From Octopus sinensis (taxonomy: Eukaryota): 64,000 nt of DNA. The position numbers and the translations under genes are program-made. Location: positions 45,570,001 through 45,634,000 of the forward strand of contig NC_043010.1 of assembly GCF_006345805.1 (NCBI RefSeq), written 5' to 3'. Below the pieces are notes generated by a model. It saw nothing but the letters and a program-made list of their open reading frames with translations, searched no databases and was not told where the DNA came from. Of the stretch, positions 62,021-64,000 are shown in pieces; positions within the stretch are counted from its first letter, which is position 1, and the number at the start of each line of letters is the position of its first letter.

Positions 62021-63613
62021 CACTTAGAATAAGTCCATTAGTTCAGTGTAGTACATCAGCTATGCACAAATAATATTGCTTCAGGAGAAAAAATACCATT
62101 ACCTTTTTATGGTAAGTAGTTGCCAAGAGAGAAGATATGATGTAAGTGTAAAATACTTCAGTTAGTTATGTGTACAGATATCTATATTTGAATGACTATT
62201 TAACATTTTAATATTCTAAAAATATTGTTTAGTAAAATGAAACAAGAAATCTATGATATTCTCATTCAGTAAAGTATGCTTAATATATTTTTATTCTTTT
62301 GTTTATGTTTTTTTATAATTTCAAAGAATATAATAGTTATGAACTTTTAAGGTAGAGATAGTGCCTAAAATTTTTAGACCAAGGAAAAATGTGAGGTTGT
62401 GATGTTAATGTCTTTTTTATGTATATTATTCTAATTAAAACTGGGTTGTGGGCTTGTTTCTGTATATTTATAACCATTCTGTTGTCATATTTGATAAAGG
62501 CTGAATGAGTGTCTGATGAGAGTATCACAACAGATCTTGGAATATAACTCCTATGTTCATGTTTCCATTTTGGAGAATTAGATTTGTCAGTTTCACATTT
62601 ATTTTTTATGCATTGTTTGGCCAGCAAATCTTATCAGAAGATTAACTTTCTTTCCTTTGGGCATTGATAGTATAATACAGATACTAGTGTCAGTTTGTAT
62701 TATCCATGTCTTACTAAAATTTATCCCATGCCTAATGCAAAAAAATAATAGTAGCCTTGTTTGCTATTGTTTACCCCAATATATTCATGAAAAACCAAAC
62801 TCTGCATGTGTGTATTCATGTAATTGTGTCTGTTTACATGTGCTGTTTGTATGTAAGAGACCAACTATCACTGCTAGAAATGAGAAAGCATAGAAGAAAA
62901 TATGCAGCTTGCAGTAATGTAATGACGTAAGTAGTTGAATTTGTGTGGCTCAGATTCTCGACTTAATTTTAGGTGTATTAGATAAGATCTCTATTACCAG
63001 ATGAGAGAAGCTAGTACTGGAAGCATCACATACAATAAATGTTTGATATGGTTAATGTAAAATGTAAAGAGAAATGGTTTATTATTATTTGAAAGGGAGG
63101 TATATAGTAACAAAAGCTTTGGAAACTAGTATCAAATTTCTATGTAAAATATGTACAGTTTACATCTACCAGGATTGTTTTCCTGGCCATTTTTGTGAGT
63201 TTAAAATCTTATCTTATACTCTTTCTGTCTGTCTTTAATCTCTAGTTTGTTTCCTTTTTAACCATTTTAATAAATTTTTCAGCGTTAGGATGAGGGATAT
63301 GGTTTATGCAAATTGGACATCTGCATGTTGTAGCAATTTTTTTTTAATTTCTTGAATTTTTATAATTGTATGCTTTTCCTACAGGCAGCCCTGAACAATA
63401 AGATAAACTTGAAGCTTTTTTGTCAGTTGGCAGATGCAAACAAGCAGAGTTACCTCAGTTATTCAGAATCTCAACACAGAGGCTGTAATAGTCAGTAGTT
63501 AAGTTAGTGTTAAATAACTAACTATAAATAAATAGATTGTGAGAAAAAAACAAAGCAAAATGATATTAGCTAAGGATTTATATTTTAATTTTTATTTTTT
63601 TGTCAAAGTTCAG

Positions 63614-63689
63614 GAGGAAACTTTGATTGTTTCAATGTTACTATGACCTTACCAGCTACTTGCTGGAGTAGTGATGAGAGAATCACTAA
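63614..63689 (+). CDS. Candidate 76-nt exon (GGNFDCFNVTMTLPATCWSSDERIT) of an unidentified gene
   Basis: T-rich tract ending gtcaaagttcag| and a consensus donor AA|gtaagt; open frame with a protein-like composition. Confidence 0.35.
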
Positions 63690-64000
63690 GTAAGTGTACA
63701 ATATTGTACATTGGTTGAAGTATATGAGGTCCATGCTTCACCGATGAGATCATAATAAAATTGAAACATGTCTGGGATTCTACCACACTTGCTCTTTAAG
63801 TGGAAGAAAATATGATTATGTTGCTTATGATACTTTTGTTAAAAACATATGCAACATGAATAAAATAGCCACTAGTGGGAATCTGAGTCAAAATGTGAAT
63901 TCAACTTGACAGTAGCCTTCTACCTCTACTCTATGGCAGTCACCAGAATTAATATTAATATACAAATCACACCAATCATAAACAATCTTAAATGGCTTTT

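Noticed and set aside
63385-63470. EF-hand-like reading (SPEQ*DKLEAFCQLADANK)
   Set aside because: It needs both a stop read-through and a frameshift, and the loop lacks EF-hand ligand spacing.
1-64000. tRNA genes, rRNA, CRISPR arrays, operons or prokaryotic defence systems
   Set aside because: The tRNA-like A/B boxes all belong to SINE heads that continue into SINE bodies. There are no regularly spaced repeat-spacer arrays and no ORF long enough for such systems.

Overview
This is AT-rich, repeat-dominated eukaryotic DNA with no long ORF: every ORF in the track is 148 aa or shorter, and most come from repeats or microsatellites. The SINE families and (TA)n/(CA)n/(CAT)n microsatellites match what I recognise from octopus genomes, so the source is most likely an Octopus species (inference from repeat content, not a database match). 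The window reads as intronic or intergenic. It holds decayed non-LTR retrotransposons (one R4/Dong-like RLE element, several RTE-clade fragments, CR1/L2-like 3' ends) and two internally deleted DD37D (maT) Tc1/mariner copies. It also holds piggyBac-type, hAT-type and Tc1/mariner MITEs, Helitron-type 3' ends and more than 25 tRNA-derived or RTE-tailed SINE copies. A few short plus-strand segments with good splice signals may be exons of a large-intron host gene, but I could not identify the gene. I found no rRNA, true tRNA, CRISPR or prokaryotic system, and nothing I can support as a novel multi-gene system. The best leads are small: a minimal hammerhead-ribozyme motif in a Penelope-like end (40629-40663), a second degenerate one beside a 77-bp near-perfect inverted repeat (28721-29084), several SINE fold-back pairs that could be ADAR substrates, a PHD finger inside an RTE LINE ORF, and a possible 19-nt KH-type microexon with a GC donor.
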